From: Nitrospiraceae bacterium
GTDB lineage: Bacteria; Nitrospirota; Thermodesulfovibrionia; UBA6902
Assembly: GCA_003599505.1 (NCBI GenBank)
Contig: QZKO01000045.1
Span: 2,535-66,534 of the forward strand
Direction: 5' to 3'
Length of the DNA stretch: 64,000 nucleotides
The translations under genes and the position numbers were made by a program. Below the pieces are notes generated by a model that was given only the letters and a program-made list of their open reading frames with translations, was not told the DNA's origin and did no database searches. Below are positions 19,235 through 31,275 of this stretch, in pieces (position 1 is the stretch's first letter; every line of letters starts with the position of its first letter).

Positions 19235-21067
19235 CTATTCCACGGTAACGCTTTTTGCGAGATTCCTGGGCTGATCGACATTGCATTTTCTCAATACCGC
19301 CATGTGGTAAGCCAGCAGATGGAGAGGGATTGAAAAGATAACAGGGGTAAGATAGTAGTTTGTTTTCGGCAAAAACAGCGCGTGAGAAGCGCGGACAAGG
19401 GCCTTCGCGGCTCCCTCGGTTGCGACCGCTATTACTTTCCCGCCGCGACTGTTTACTTCTTCCATGTTGGAAAGTATCTTTTCGAAGACCTTATCATCCG
19501 GGGCCAATGCAAGCACCGGCATGTTGTTGTCAATAAGGGCTATCGGCCCGTGTTTCATCTCTCCCGCGGGATATCCCTCAGCATGAATGTATGAAATCTC
19601 CTTTAATTTCAGCGCGCCCTCAAGGGCTATGGGGTAATTTATGCCTCTGCCGAGATAGAGAAAATCCCTGGCATGATAAAATTTTCTCGCTACCTTCAAG
19701 ACCGCGTTGTTGATCCGGAGCGCCTTCTCAACTTTTTCCGGCAATTGAAGAAGCTCGCTGAACAACTCCTTTATCTCTCCTGATTTAAGCGCGCCCTTTG
19801 CCTTTGCGAGCGCGATTGAGAACAGGTAGAGCCCCGTAAGCTGGGTGGTAAAGGCCTTTGTTGAGGCCACGCCTATCTCCGGTCCGGAGTGGGTATAAAA
19901 AACGCTGTCGGCCTCTCTTGCCGAAGTGCTGCCTACCACGTTACATATACTGAGCACTCTGGCCCCCAGTTTTTGGGCCTCTCTCTGCGCCGCTATTGTG
20001 TCCGCTGTCTCTCCTGACTGGGTAATAACGATGACAAGACTGTCTTCGGGAACAATCGGCCTCCTGTACCGGAATTCGGAGGCGATATCAACTTCACAGG
20101 GCACTCTCGCCATGTCTTCAATCATATATTTCCCGATAAGGGCCGCGTGCCATGATGTGCCGCAGGCTACAAGAAAAATCTTGTTCACTTTTTTCAGATC
20201 GCCTGCCCTGAGGGAAAACTCTTCAAGGTTTACAACCCCTTTTTCAGGGAAAAACCTTCCCCTGATCGTGTCCGAGATAGCCCTCGGCTGTTCATATATC
20301 TCCTTGAGCATGAAATGCCTGTAGCCGCCTTTTTCAGCCATTGCGGGACTCCACGTAATTCTGGTTGTCTGCTTCCTGACCGGTTTTTTACTTATTAAAC
20401 CGGAAATCGAGACGCCTTTATCTGTAATTACTGCCAGTTCGCCGTTTTCGGGAATTATCACGTCCCTTGTGTATTTCAGAAACGCGGGGATGTCCGAAGC
20501 AATAAAAAATTCTCCCTCGCCGAGACCCAGGACCAGGGGGCTGTCTTTCTTTACGGCAAGCATCCTGTCAGGCTCCCTCTCATTGATAACACCAATAGCA
20601 TAGGCCCCCTCCACGTGCTTTAAGGCCTCACGCGTTGCGTCTTCAAAAGAAAGACCTTTCTGTGAAAAGCTGTAAATAAGGTGACAAATGACTTCCGTGT
20701 CGGTCTCGGAAGTAAAGACATGCCCCTTCTTCTTCAAATCCTCTTTCAGCTCGAAATAGTTCTCTATAATCCCGTTGTGCACCAGGACTATCCCGCCCGC
20801 CCGATGGGGATGCGCGTTCTCTTCAGAAGGCCTGCCGTGGGTCGCCCATCTCGTATGACCCAGGCCTATAAAGCTCCTGAGTCTTTCCCCTTTTATGGAA
20901 TTTTCCAGGTCCCTTATCTTTCCCGCGCAGCGCCTGACGGTTATTTTGTTATCATTCAGAAACGCTATCCCTGCGGAGTCATATCCCCGGTACTCAAGCC
21001 GCTTCAGGCCATTGATAAGAACAGGGATGGCATTTCTTTTCCCGACATATCCGATTATTCCACACAC
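19235..21067 (-). CDS. glmS: Glutamine-fructose-6-phosphate transaminase
   Basis: MCGIIG, EYRGYDSAG, HTRWATHG, PRNLAKSVTVE. Confidence 0.98.
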   Translation of the reverse strand: MCGIIGYVGKRNAIPVLINGLKRLEYRGYDSAGIAFLNDNKITVRRCAGKIRDLENSIKGERLRSFIGLGHTRWATHGRPSEENAHPHRAGGIVLVHNGIIENYFELKEDLKKKGHVFTSETDTEVICHLIYSFSQKGLSFEDATREALKHVEGAYAIGVINEREPDRMLAVKKDSPLVLGLGEGEFFIASDIPAFLKYTRDVIIPENGELAVITDKGVSISGLISKKPVRKQTTRITWSPAMAEKGGYRHFMLKEIYEQPRAISDTIRGRFFPEKGVVNLEEFSLRAGDLKKVNKIFLVACGTSWHAALIGKYMIEDMARVPCEVDIASEFRYRRPIVPEDSLVIVITQSGETADTIAAQREAQKLGARVLSICNVVGSTSAREADSVFYTHSGPEIGVASTKAFTTQLTGLYLFSIALAKAKGALKSGEIKELFSELLQLPEKVEKALRINNAVLKVARKFYHARDFLYLGRGINYPIALEGALKLKEISYIHAEGYPAGEMKHGPIALIDNNMPVLALAPDDKVFEKILSNMEEVNSRGGKVIAVATEGAAKALVRASHALFLPKTNYYLTPVIFSIPLHLLAYHMAVLRKCNVDQPRNLAKSVTVE

Positions 21068-21101
21068 CTTTTTTCCCCTTTCAATGTTAACGCTCCAACT
21101 T

Positions 21102-22478
21102 TCAACTTTTAACTTTCAACTTTCTTTTGAGCGCCCAGCCTTTTAAATTCTGCTGTCTGGCCCTGCTTATCGCGAGGTCGCCTGACGGGACGTCCCTGGT
21201 TATTGTCGCTCCGGCAGCCACATACGCGTCTTTTCCGATTTTAACAGGGGCGACAAGCTGCGAATCGCTCCCGATAAAAACACCTGATTCGATGACCGTA
21301 CCGAATTTGTTTTTCCCGTCATAGTTACAGGTGATGGTCCCGGCCCCGATATTCACATTTTTCCCTATAACAGCGTCTCCGAGGTATGTAAGATGAGAGG
21401 CCTTTGTGCCTTCGCCGATGACGGATTTCTTTGTTTCCACAAAATTCCCTATTTTCGCGCACCGGCCTATCACGCTGTGAGGCCGGAGATGCGCAAACGG
21501 GCCTATCGAGCTCCGGTCTCCGACCCTGCTCTCTTCTATTACAGTATTGTCCTTGATGACTACATTGTTACCGAGAATACTGTCGGATATCCTCGAACCC
21601 GGGTATATGGTGCAACTTTTCCCGATTCTGGTCCTGCCCTCGAGATATGTATTCGGATAAATAATCGTGTCCTTGCCGATAAGCGCCGGCGGACTCACAA
21701 ACGATGTTTCAGGGTTTATAAACGTCACTCCTTTCAACATCCATTTATTTATTATTCTGTGTCTTATGATTTCTGAGACCCTTAACAATTCTTCCCTGTT
21801 GTTGACCCCGCGGATTTCTTCGGACGGACAATTATAGGCCTCAACCCTCTTCCCTTCTCCGGCAGCGATTCCCACAATATCGGTGAGGTAATATTCGCCG
21901 GAGGAGCTGTTCTTTTTGACTTTCTCCAGACACCCGAGGACTTCTTCTTCCATAAGATACACGCCGCCGTTCAGCTCATCAAACTTCTTTCTTTCATCAC
22001 GGGTCGCGTGCTTGTCCTCTACTATCCCGGTGACCCTGCCCTTTTCATCCCGGAAGATCCTTCCGTAACCTTTCATCGCGCCGTCGGAAAAAGAAAGAAA
22101 AGACAGGGCGTTCCTGCTGCGCCTGTGCTTTTCAATGAGCGTTTTCAAAGTCTTTGCCGTAATGAGAGGACAATCGCCGTTAAGCACAAGGAGCGCGCCT
22201 TTCTTCAATTCCTTCCTGGCGACTGCGAGGGCGTTCCCGGTCCCCAAAAGCTGTTTCTGTATAACAAAAGAGAGGCGATCATCGCCGGCCATCTCTTTTT
22301 TCACCAGCTCCGCGCCGTTTCCGATTACAACAACGGTCTTGCCTGGCCGCAGCGGCCTGACGGCGTCAATCGCATACCGGAGCATAGGCCTTCCCATGAC
22401 CTGATGGAGAACTTTGGGGATTTGAGAATTCATTCTCTTGCCGCGCCCGGCAGCAAGAATAACGACGTTCAGACTCAT
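21102..22478 (-). CDS. glmU: Bifunctional GlmU
   Basis: ILAAGRGKRM, GPFAHLRP, HLTYLGDA, GAGTITCNYDG. Confidence 0.98.
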   Translation of the reverse strand: MSLNVVILAAGRGKRMNSQIPKVLHQVMGRPMLRYAIDAVRPLRPGKTVVVIGNGAELVKKEMAGDDRLSFVIQKQLLGTGNALAVARKELKKGALLVLNGDCPLITAKTLKTLIEKHRRSRNALSFLSFSDGAMKGYGRIFRDEKGRVTGIVEDKHATRDERKKFDELNGGVYLMEEEVLGCLEKVKKNSSSGEYYLTDIVGIAAGEGKRVEAYNCPSEEIRGVNNREELLRVSEIIRHRIINKWMLKGVTFINPETSFVSPPALIGKDTIIYPNTYLEGRTRIGKSCTIYPGSRISDSILGNNVVIKDNTVIEESRVGDRSSIGPFAHLRPHSVIGRCAKIGNFVETKKSVIGEGTKASHLTYLGDAVIGKNVNIGAGTITCNYDGKNKFGTVIESGVFIGSDSQLVAPVKIGKDAYVAAGATITRDVPSGDLAISRARQQNLKGWALKRKLKVKS

Positions 22479-22581
22479 TTCAATATGATAATCTTTTCAA
22501 TATATGTTTGCAATTGATCCCGGATCGTGAACCGTGTCCGGTTAACGTGACCGTAAATCATAAACGGACACGGGTAACGGA

Positions 22582-23673
22582 TTATAATTTCATATACTCC
22601 TTCAACAACGCCGGATACATGAATGGATTAAACAAAATATTAGTCATGAAGTAACATTCATGAGTGCAGAAACATTTCTTTTTCCTTATGGAGAGCAGGA
22701 TTTCCCGCGCCTTCCCGGTTTTCAGTATGCTTCTCAGGTCATACCCGTCATCCCGGACATTGCCCATTTTCATGGTGAATGACTCGCAGGGGAAGACATC
22801 CCCTGTTTCGGTAACGACCAGATTCAATCTTCCGGCGTAACAGGGAATTAATTGCCTTTTCAGGACCCATGTCTTATAAATCAGGCTGCGCTGCAGGATA
22901 TCCTGGGCCGCCTTGAGCTTTGCCCCTTTAAAGCGATATATGCCCGATTTTTTCATCTCTAAATCCGATGCCAGGCTGACAACGGCATCATGATATTTCC
23001 GGGCGTTGATTTCCTTCAAACTTCCATCATTAACGCTCCCTCTTATCAGCGATACGGTGTGTGTCTTTATTTTGTCCAGGCCGTTGATGAAATCCGTCAG
23101 TTCTTTCATATGGTCCTGATTCGCTGAATTAAACACCGTGTTTACTCCAAGCTCAAAATTCGGATACGCGTCAATCAGTTCGCCGAGCGCCCGGTATGTA
23201 TTCATGGTCTTCTGAAAACTGCCCCTTGCGCCTCTTATGGAGTCATGCGCGGCCTCCAGCCCCTCCAGAGACAGTTTTACAACAATGGTGCTCTTCTTGC
23301 AGCTTTTCAGTACCGCTTCAATCTTTTCTCTTATAACATCCGTCAGCAGGCCGTTCGTTGGGAAGAGAATTATCGCCGGCCTGTTTCTTTCATAAAACAC
23401 TCTTGTTATTTCAACGATATCATCTCTCAGAAATATTTCGCCCCCTGAAAACGCGAGCCAAAGCAGATTCCCGGTTGAGGAAGATATCTTTTCGATTTCG
23501 TCAAGGGACAATTCCGGAGTGGCCTCGTCTGCCCCCCCCCTTTTTTCTTTATCACCGGTATAGAAGCAGAACGGGCATTTAAGATTACACCTCCCGGTCA
23601 GGAATAAAGTAAGGTGGATGGGACGGCGTTTCAGGAAAACGGAGCTTATATGACGGAAAGGAGAGTAAGACAT
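22582..23673 (-). CDS. Radical SAM/SPASM-like protein
   Basis: CNLKCPFC, SGGE, CYAG..GDVFPCE. Confidence 0.88.
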   Translation of the reverse strand: MSYSPFRHISSVFLKRRPIHLTLFLTGRCNLKCPFCFYTGDKEKRGGADEATPELSLDEIEKISSSTGNLLWLAFSGGEIFLRDDIVEITRVFYERNRPAIILFPTNGLLTDVIREKIEAVLKSCKKSTIVVKLSLEGLEAAHDSIRGARGSFQKTMNTYRALGELIDAYPNFELGVNTVFNSANQDHMKELTDFINGLDKIKTHTVSLIRGSVNDGSLKEINARKYHDAVVSLASDLEMKKSGIYRFKGAKLKAAQDILQRSLIYKTWVLKRQLIPCYAGRLNLVVTETGDVFPCESFTMKMGNVRDDGYDLRSILKTGKAREILLSIRKKKCFCTHECYFMTNILFNPFMYPALLKEYMKL

Positions 23674-24669
23674 TTATTTCCGCCCCCTTAAGAAATGGCG
23701 TATAAAACCGGTTGCCGTTCCAAGCGCTATCGGGACCGGATACAGGAACGCGTAATAACATAAAGCGGACACCGTAAACAGAAGACCTTTTGTCCTGTAA
23801 AAAAGTTTTATCTGGTTCCTGCTGACTATGACATTGGATAAAAAGAGCAAAGGTATTGCGTATAAAAGAGACGGTCTATTGGTAACCGCCCACAATGCAA
23901 TAACGAGGAAGCTCAGAAGAAGTGAAACAACATTAGTCTTGAGCTCAAAGGAAGCGGAGCCGGAGTCGGTAAGTATGTCCCTGTTTCCAAAAGAATAAGT
24001 ACACCAGTAAGTAGTCTTGCGGTAGGCGTTGAAGAGCGAACGCGCCAGGGTGAAGTTGAAAATGTGCCGGACCTGTATTTCCGGGCACATGATGAGCCTG
24101 ACGCCGGACCTTTTCAGCCTGTGACTGAACGCGACGTCCTCCAGTATCGGCATGAAATCCTCCGGGAACCCGCCGCTTTCAATGAACGTCTTTCTGGGGA
24201 CAACCATGGCATGCGCCGCTATGTAGTCGGGGTTTTCCGTGTTCTTGGTCTCTGAATAGTGAACAAAAAGTGATTGAAAGGCGCTGAAGAACCCCCTGTC
24301 ATAAGAAACCCTTGTATATGTTCCGCCGAGTACAACCCCCCCCTGGGAAGGTAAAGACATAAGTGTTCGATTTACTATAGAAAGCGTATCCGGCTGGAGA
24401 AGGCAGTCCGAATCGATAAAGAAAATAAATTCTCCGCTGCTTTTCTGCGCGCCGATGTTTCTTGCCCTCGAGGTCCCGGAATGCCTTTCAAGACTGATTA
24501 ATCTGCATGGGAACCTTTTAATAACTTCTACGGAATTGTCTTCGGACTTATCGTCGACGACAACAACTTCGAAGTTGCCGTATTCCGAAGAAAAAGCGGC
24601 CTCAAGACACGTTCCGATAGTGTCCGCCCTATTGTAATTCGGGATAACGAGGGAGATGCGTTTTTCCAT
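23674..24669 (-). CDS. GT2 glycosyltransferase; start moved to ATG 24669
   Basis: ISLVIPNYN, VVDDKSED, FIDSD, C-terminal TM segments. Confidence 0.88.
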   Translation of the reverse strand: MEKRISLVIPNYNRADTIGTCLEAAFSSEYGNFEVVVVDDKSEDNSVEVIKRFPCRLISLERHSGTSRARNIGAQKSSGEFIFFIDSDCLLQPDTLSIVNRTLMSLPSQGGVVLGGTYTRVSYDRGFFSAFQSLFVHYSETKNTENPDYIAAHAMVVPRKTFIESGGFPEDFMPILEDVAFSHRLKRSGVRLIMCPEIQVRHIFNFTLARSLFNAYRKTTYWCTYSFGNRDILTDSGSASFELKTNVVSLLLSFLVIALWAVTNRPSLLYAIPLLFLSNVIVSRNQIKLFYRTKGLLFTVSALCYYAFLYPVPIALGTATGFIRHFLRGRK

Positions 24670-24731
24670 CTTGCTTCGTGTATTATAATCATCCTCAATG
24701 TCTTTTTGAAATTCTTCAGGCCCGCAGCTCA

Positions 24732-24765
24732 TTGACAAATTATTTGTATAATTCTAAATTATAAT
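24732..24765 (+). promoter_or_regulatory. Putative sigma70 promoter of tig-clpP-clpX
   Basis: TTGACA (24732) -17 nt- TAAATT, followed by TATAAT. Confidence 0.55.
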
Positions 24766-24791
24766 CAAAACTTAATAGCTGCGAGGTGCCG

Positions 24792-26054
24792 ATGCCTACT
24801 GAAGTAGAGACAATATCGCCGACAACGAGAAGGCTCAGAATCAACATCCCTTCGGACGTTATTAAATCCGAAACCGATAACGCTTACAACAAAATCAGGG
24901 CGACCACGAAAATACCCGGGTTCAGGCCCGGCAAGGCCCCCCAGGCCATTCTCGAGAAAAGGTTCGGGAAAAACGTCGAGGCCGAGGTTATAGAAAAGAT
25001 AGTGCCCGAGTACTATATGAAAGCCGTTAAAGAAGCGAATCTGGAGCCTGTCAATTATCCGAATATCGAGGACAAACTGGAGCTGCTGTCGGGACAGCCG
25101 CTGTCCTTTACCGTAACGATAGAGGTCAAGCCGGAAATAGGAGACCTGAAATATGAAGGCATTGTCCTGAAAGAAAAACCGGTCTCAGTAGATGACGATG
25201 AAATAGACAAGGCGCTGAAGCTGATGCAGGGAGGCAGGACCTTGTTCACTGTTACGGAAGAAGCCTTAAGTGAAAATGACATGGCGATTGTAAGTTATGA
25301 CGGTTACATCGAAGACAAACTGACCGAAGAAATATCGTATAAGGAATTCCCCCTGGTCCTCAGCTCCGATGCGATGCCCAAAGAGTTCAACAGCGCGCTG
25401 GTGGGCAAAAAGAAAGGGGATAAAGCAGAGGTAAAAATAAAATATGATGAAACCCATCAAAACAAGACCATAGCGGGCAAAGAGGTCCTGTTCAAAGTGG
25501 ACATCGTAGAGGGAAAGAAGAAAGCGGTCCCGCCGCTTGACGATGAATTCGCGAAGGACGCCGGTTATGCAAGTCTTGACGAGCTGAAAGACAAGATGCG
25601 GGAAAGCATCACTAACGCGAAAAAGAGCCAGGTCAATCTGGAATACAAGAAAGATATCCTGAACGACCTCATCCGGGTCCATGATTTCGATGTGCCTGCC
25701 TCTATGGTGCAGGGAGAAATCGAATCCCTGATTCATCAGGCGCAGGAAAATGCCCGGAGAAAGGGCGAACCGGAAAAAACGGACGAAGAAATGAAGCGGG
25801 AATTCGGGAACACGGCGAAAGACAACGTCAAAAGCGTGCTCCTGCTGGATGCCATCGGCAAAAAAGAGAACATCGATGTTACTGCTGATGATATGAAAAA
25901 GGCGATCGAAGAGATCGCGGCCCGGAACAACCTTAAACCCGAAGAGGTAACAAGGCTTTACGCGGTCAGGGAAGGTTCCCTGGAAGCGCTGAGAAGCCGC
26001 TTGTTCGCAGATAAGGTCCTGGAATTTATATTAGGAAAAGCAACGATACAGTAG
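24792..26054 (+). CDS. tig: Trigger factor
   Basis: [10 protein letters not shown] ribosome-binding motif, AGKEVLFKV; precedes clpP. Confidence 0.95.
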   Translation: MPTEVETISPTTRRLRINIPSDVIKSETDNAYNKIRATTKIPGFRPGKAPQAILEKRFGKNVEAEVIEKIVPEYYMKAVKEANLEPVNYPNIEDKLELLSGQPLSFTVTIEVKPEIGDLKYEGIVLKEKPVSVDDDEIDKALKLMQGGRTLFTVTEEALSENDMAIVSYDGYIEDKLTEEISYKEFPLVLSSDAMPKEFNSALVGKKKGDKAEVKIKYDETHQNKTIAGKEVLFKVDIVEGKKKAVPPLDDEFAKDAGYASLDELKDKMRESITNAKKSQVNLEYKKDILNDLIRVHDFDVPASMVQGEIESLIHQAQENARRKGEPEKTDEEMKREFGNTAKDNVKSVLLLDAIGKKENIDVTADDMKKAIEEIAARNNLKPEEVTRLYAVREGSLEALRSRLFADKVLEFILGKATIQ

Positions 26055-26077
26055 GGACGGTTTCAAACCCGCCCTGC
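26051..26077. repeat. GTAG-type REP-like palindrome
   Basis: gtagggacggtttcaaacccgccctgc. Confidence 0.55.
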
Positions 26078-26097
26078 ATTTATTGCAAGGAGCACAT

Positions 26098-26691
26098 ATG
26101 AGTTTAATACCCATCGTAATCGAACAGACTGGAAGGACCGAAAGGGCATACGACATATATTCAAGACTGTTGAAGGACAGGATCGTGTTTATCGGCAGCC
26201 CGATAGACGATATCGTCTCGAATACCGTTATCGCGCAGCTCCTGTTCCTTCAGACTGAAGACCCGGAGAAGGATATCCACATATATGTAAATTCACCCGG
26301 AGGGATTGTTTCTTCAGGTCTCGCCATTTATGACACCATGCAGTATATAAAACCCGATATCGCCACATATTGCATCGGCCAGGCCGCCAGTATGGGCGCC
26401 CTCCTGCTTACAGCGGGGACAACGGGGAAGAGGTTCGTGCTCCCCAATTCCCGCATAATGATACACCAGCCGATCGGGGGCTTCCACGGCCAGGCGACAG
26501 ACGTGGAGATCCACGCAAGGGAAATTCTTAAAATGAAAGAGACCCTCAATAAAATCCTTACGAAACATACAGGGCAGCCCTTCGAAAAAATCCAGGTCGA
26601 TACTGAAAGGGATTACTTCATGTCGGCACAGGAGGCAAAGGATTACGGCCTCGTTGACGAGGTCATAGAAACGCTGAAAAAACGCGGTTGA
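26098..26691 (+). CDS. clpP: ClpP protease; start ATG 26098
   Basis: [29 protein letters not shown]. Confidence 0.98.
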   Translation: MSLIPIVIEQTGRTERAYDIYSRLLKDRIVFIGSPIDDIVSNTVIAQLLFLQTEDPEKDIHIYVNSPGGIVSSGLAIYDTMQYIKPDIATYCIGQAASMGALLLTAGTTGKRFVLPNSRIMIHQPIGGFHGQATDVEIHAREILKMKETLNKILTKHTGQPFEKIQVDTERDYFMSAQEAKDYGLVDEVIETLKKRG

Positions 26692-26706
26692 TTTGGAGCT
26701 TCAACT

Positions 26707-27963
26707 ATGAATGACAAAAAATTAAACAGAAACGATAACATCGTCCTCAGATGCTCCTTTTGCGGCAAAAGCCAGAAGGAAGTGAGGAAACTTATAGCGG
26801 GCCCTACCGTTTATATTTGTAACGAATGCGTAAATCTCTGCAATGAAATAATGGCGGAGGAGCTTGATTCATCCTTCGATATCAATGTCGCCCGGAAGCT
26901 CCCGGCCCCCGTGGAGATAAAAAATTTCCTTGATGAATACGTAATCGAACAGGACCGGGCGAAAAAGATACTTTCAGTCGCGGTGCACAACCACTACAAG
27001 CGCATTAACAGTCCCCGGCAATCCGATATCGAGCTGCAAAAAAGCAATATCCTGCTTATAGGGCCTACCGGCACCGGTAAAACCATTCTGGCGCAGACAC
27101 TCGCAAAGTACCTTGACGTGCCCTTTACGATCGCCGATGCCACAACGCTTACCGAAGCGGGATATGTCGGTGAAGACGTGGAGAATATTATTCTGAAGCT
27201 TCTCCAGGCGGCGGATTATGACCTGGAAAAGGCGCAGCGCGGCATTATATATATTGATGAGATCGACAAGATAAGCCGGAAGACGGAGAATGTTTCCATA
27301 ACGAGGGATGTGTCCGGAGAAGGGGTCCAGCAGGCCCTTCTGAAAATCATAGAAGGGACCGTGGCAAACATACCTCCCCAGGGCGGCAGGAAGCATCCGC
27401 AACAGGAATTTATACAGATAAACACAACGAATATCCTGTTTATCTGCGGCGGCGCGTTTGTGGGTCTTGAAAAAATAATCGAAGAGAGGATAGGCCGGAA
27501 AACCGTCGGTTTCGGCGTCGAGCCAAAGACCATAGCCGGAAAAAAGATAGACGATATCCTGAAACATATACAGCCGCAGGACCTGGTCAGGTATGGGCTC
27601 ATTCCCGAGTTTGTGGGGAGGCTGCCTGTTGTAGCGACCCTCGAAGAGCTGAGCGAGGAGGCCCTTGTCAGGATACTGACCGAACCGAAAAACGCAATTA
27701 TCAAGCAGTTCCAGAGGCTGCTTTCTTTTGATAACGTGAAACTGAAGTTTACAGAATCCTCCCTGACCTCCATAGCCAAAGAGGCCATCAAAAGAAAAAC
27801 AGGCGCGCGCGGGCTTCGTGCCATTCTTGAAGACGTGATGCTCGAGGTTATGTATGAAGTGCCTTCGCTCAATGACGTGAGGGAGTGCCTGATCACGGAA
27901 GAAGTTATAACCAGAAAGGAAAAGCCGATCCTTATATACGAAGAACAGGCCGAGTCCGCATAA
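26707..27963 (+). CDS. clpX: ClpX ATPase
   Basis: CSFCGK zinc finger, [14 protein letters not shown]. Confidence 0.98.
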   Translation: MNDKKLNRNDNIVLRCSFCGKSQKEVRKLIAGPTVYICNECVNLCNEIMAEELDSSFDINVARKLPAPVEIKNFLDEYVIEQDRAKKILSVAVHNHYKRINSPRQSDIELQKSNILLIGPTGTGKTILAQTLAKYLDVPFTIADATTLTEAGYVGEDVENIILKLLQAADYDLEKAQRGIIYIDEIDKISRKTENVSITRDVSGEGVQQALLKIIEGTVANIPPQGGRKHPQQEFIQINTTNILFICGGAFVGLEKIIEERIGRKTVGFGVEPKTIAGKKIDDILKHIQPQDLVRYGLIPEFVGRLPVVATLEELSEEALVRILTEPKNAIIKQFQRLLSFDNVKLKFTESSLTSIAKEAIKRKTGARGLRAILEDVMLEVMYEVPSLNDVRECLITEEVITRKEKPILIYEEQAESA

Positions 27964-28395
27964 TTATTTTTTCCCCTTTGTCAACCCGTGCGCAATCAGC
28001 GTCCTGAATTTTTCTTTCAGTTCTTCGTCCTTGAGGTTTTTGAGCGTGTTTTCGATATACCTCTTGTCTTCCTCATTTAACCCGGCCTGTTCCTTCTCAC
28101 GGGCTTCTTCTGTCTCTTCCGGAAGCCTCCCGATCCTGAACCGTATGTCGCTGACATTATACGGTTTCAGTTTCGCGGTGATCTCTTCCTTGAAGAAACT
28201 AAGGTGGTGCATCCATTGAGGGGTGTCTACGATAAGTGTAAGGACTTTGCCTTTTATTGTGTCGGGGGAAGTGTGTACTGAAACGGTTTGTCCTACAACC
28301 TCAACCCATCGTCTTCTGAGAGCATTGAGCGCAACCCCGCCTTCCAGACCATAGCTTTTTGTCAGTATTTTGAGAATACCATGGAGGGATTGCAT
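27964..28395 (-). CDS. DUF721/DciA-family protein
   Basis: W..VVG..VS.HT.P, L.V.TPQWMHHL pattern. Confidence 0.7.
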   Translation of the reverse strand: MQSLHGILKILTKSYGLEGGVALNALRRRWVEVVGQTVSVHTSPDTIKGKVLTLIVDTPQWMHHLSFFKEEITAKLKPYNVSDIRFRIGRLPEETEEAREKEQAGLNEEDKRYIENTLKNLKDEELKEKFRTLIAHGLTKGKK

Positions 28396-28470
28396 ATAAA
28401 ACCGTTATTCGTTAATTGTTTATTACAGTCTGTTATGCCGATAACAAATAAATTATAACGCATAACGTTC

Positions 28471-28659
28471 TTAAACTACTTTCTTCACATTTCCCGAGCG
28501 GAGACACCTGGTGCAGACATGCTGTTTTTTTGTACCGTGCGTAGTCTGGACTTTTATTTTTTGCAGGTTAGGCATAAATACTCGCTTGGTCCTGTTGTTG
28601 GCGTGACTGACATTATTACCCGAAACCTTTTTCTTTCCGCAAACTGAACATACTGCCAT
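28471..28659 (-). CDS. rpmB: 50S ribosomal protein L28
   Basis: [30 protein letters not shown]. Confidence 0.97.
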   Translation of the reverse strand: MAVCSVCGKKKVSGNNVSHANNRTKRVFMPNLQKIKVQTTHGTKKQHVCTRCLRSGNVKKVV

Positions 28660-28886
28660 GGTTAAAACACCTCCTTCATCCTAAACCCGAAATCCGAAGT
28701 TTGACATTATGTATTTATTAATTCGAATTTGTTTCGAATTTCGGATTTCGATATTCGAGCTTGAAGCAACTGCAATTGCTTTCAAAAGAGAAGTTATGAT
28801 AACATTAAACCAAATAAAGTTACAACTTCAGAAGCAAAACAGCAAAAAACACTAAATATTTCAGAGTTACAGGGAAAATAACCGGG

Positions 28887-31247
28887 ATGAGAATATACGA
28901 ACTGTCCAAAAAGATAGATATCAGCAGCAAAGAAATAATCGCCAGGCTTGCAGGCATGGGCATTCGGGTAAAGTCGCACATGTCGAATATCGACGATGAC
29001 GTCATGGGTAAGCTGTCGGATTTTTTTGCGAAAAAAGAAATACCCGGGAAAGAGAAGCTCCCTCCTGCTCCAGGGAAAGAAGCTCCGGTTAAACCGGCAG
29101 GGAAGCCCCATGTCGAGAAACCGCGGAAAGAACAGCCGCCGGCAGAAGTCATGCCGCAAAAAGAAAACCGGGCTGCTCAGGAAACAAAGGCAGGAGAAGT
29201 GGAAGAAGCTGTTTCAGAAGCGCCTGCGGTCCTCCATAAAAAGGCGGGGCCACCGGTGGCCGAAGAAGACGAGGTCATCGTCCCCGACAGATTCAAGAAA
29301 GAAATAGAGCGCTCGAATATTGCAAAATTCAAAGCCAAACCCGGAATGCAGCGCGCATTTGATTCCATCCGCAGGGTAGATGTTGCGAAGAAGCCGCAGG
29401 ACTTTAAACCTCATTTCAAAAAACACGATAAAAGGTCTCATATCCAGCGGGTCGAACCCGCTCCGCCCCCCCTTACAACACAGCCGAGGAAACGGGTCAT
29501 CAAGTTTCAGGAAGGCACTTCGGTAAAGGAATTTGCCGAGCTGATCGGACAGAAAAGCAACGAGGTCATTAAGAAATTTATGGAGCTCGGCTCCATGCCC
29601 ACTATCAACCAGCCTGTGGACGCGGATGCGGCGCAGATTGTCGCGGAGTCCTTCGGTTTAAAAATCGAGCTTGCAAATATCGAAACCGAGGAATCGCTCC
29701 TTGAAGAAGCAAAGGTCGAGGAAGCCGCTCTCAGTCCGCGTCCGCCGATTGTCACCATAATGGGACATGTCGACCATGGTAAAACCACCCTTCTGGACGC
29801 GATAAGACAGACAAGGGTGACCGAGACAGAGGCCGGGGGAATAACCCAGCACATCGGTGCATATAAGGTAAAGCTGAAAAACAGGGAAATAACCTTTCTC
29901 GACACCCCCGGGCACGAGGCGTTTACCATGATGAGGGCCAGAGGCGCAAAGGTAACGGATATTGTCGTCCTTGTTGTCGCCGCCGACGACAGCGTCATGC
30001 CCCAGACCATAGAGGCGATCGACCATGCAAAGGCCGCTAACGTCCCCATTGTAGTGGCGATAAATAAAATTGACAAACCTGATGCGAATGTTACAAAGGT
30101 CAGGAATGAACTTTCACAATACGGCGTGGTTTCAGAAGAATGGGGCGGACAGAACATCTTTGTTGAGGTTTCAGCGAAACAGAAAACAGGCATTGAACGC
30201 CTCCTCGAGATGATCCTGCTCCAGGCGGAAGTAATGGAGCTGAAGGCGAATTACAACAGACCCGCAAGGGGTACAATCGTTGAAGCAAAACTCGATAGAG
30301 GCAGAGGACCGGTAGGCACGGTCCTGGTCAATGCAGGCGAGCTTAAAACCGGAGACCCTTTCCTTGTAGGGACGGTTGCCGGCAGGGTCAGGGCGCTGAT
30401 CGATGACAAAGGCAAAAAGATCGAAAAAGCCGGCCCTTCAACTCCTGTCGAGGTTATAGGGTTTCCCGAGGTGCCCCAGGCAGGCGACATCTTTATTGTA
30501 ATGGAAGACGAAAGAAAAGCAAGGCAGATAGCGATTAACAGGCTCCAGAAGCAGAGGACCGCGGCAGCCACGCATATGAAGAAATTAACGCTGGACCAGC
30601 TTTATGAAAAAGTTAAAGAAGGCGAAGTGCGGGACCTGAACGTCATCATAAAGGCGGATGTTCAGGGCTCGGCGGAAGCGGTCAGGGATTCGCTTTCGGC
30701 CATCTCTCATCCGCAGGTCAAGGTAAATGTTATCCACGCGAGCGCCGGCGGCATTAATGAATCCGACGTCATGCTGGCCGCCGCGTCAAATGCGATTATT
30801 ATCGGGTTCAACATCCGGCCTGACGCGAAGGCGTCAGCGCTTGTGGAAAAAGAAGGCGTCGACGTCAGGTTATACAACATAATCTACGAGGCCATCGAAG
30901 ATGTGAAGAAGGCGCTCGAAGGACTGCTCGAGCCGACTATAACTGAAAAGGTCATCGGCAGGGCCGAGGTCAGAAGCCTCTTCCATATATCGCGTATCGG
31001 GACCGTTGCCGGATGTTACGTGACCGACGGAAAGATTTCCCGCAGCAGCTCAGGAGTCAGGGTGATAAGAGACAACGTTGTCATTTACGAGAGCAGACTT
31101 TCATCCCTGAAAAGATTCAAGGATGATGCAAGAGAAGTGCAATCAGGGTTTGAATGCGGGATCATGGTGGAAAATTTCAATGACCTCAAGGTCGGCGACA
31201 TACTTGAAAATTATGTCAGGGAAGAAGTCGCCGCGAAACTGGAATAG
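28887..31247 (+). CDS. infB: Translation initiation factor IF-2
   Basis: [33 protein letters not shown]. Confidence 0.98.
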   Translation: MRIYELSKKIDISSKEIIARLAGMGIRVKSHMSNIDDDVMGKLSDFFAKKEIPGKEKLPPAPGKEAPVKPAGKPHVEKPRKEQPPAEVMPQKENRAAQETKAGEVEEAVSEAPAVLHKKAGPPVAEEDEVIVPDRFKKEIERSNIAKFKAKPGMQRAFDSIRRVDVAKKPQDFKPHFKKHDKRSHIQRVEPAPPPLTTQPRKRVIKFQEGTSVKEFAELIGQKSNEVIKKFMELGSMPTINQPVDADAAQIVAESFGLKIELANIETEESLLEEAKVEEAALSPRPPIVTIMGHVDHGKTTLLDAIRQTRVTETEAGGITQHIGAYKVKLKNREITFLDTPGHEAFTMMRARGAKVTDIVVLVVAADDSVMPQTIEAIDHAKAANVPIVVAINKIDKPDANVTKVRNELSQYGVVSEEWGGQNIFVEVSAKQKTGIERLLEMILLQAEVMELKANYNRPARGTIVEAKLDRGRGPVGTVLVNAGELKTGDPFLVGTVAGRVRALIDDKGKKIEKAGPSTPVEVIGFPEVPQAGDIFIVMEDERKARQIAINRLQKQRTAAATHMKKLTLDQLYEKVKEGEVRDLNVIIKADVQGSAEAVRDSLSAISHPQVKVNVIHASAGGINESDVMLAAASNAIIIGFNIRPDAKASALVEKEGVDVRLYNIIYEAIEDVKKALEGLLEPTITEKVIGRAEVRSLFHISRIGTVAGCYVTDGKISRSSSGVRVIRDNVVIYESRLSSLKRFKDDAREVQSGFECGIMVENFNDLKVGDILENYVREEVAAKLE

Positions 31248-31275
31248 CCCCCCTGGACCCTCTTGATTTTATAAA

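Noticed and set aside
26974..30571. Long antisense ORFs over clpX and infB (and similar ones elsewhere)
   Set aside because: Shadow ORFs of well-supported genes on the opposite strand
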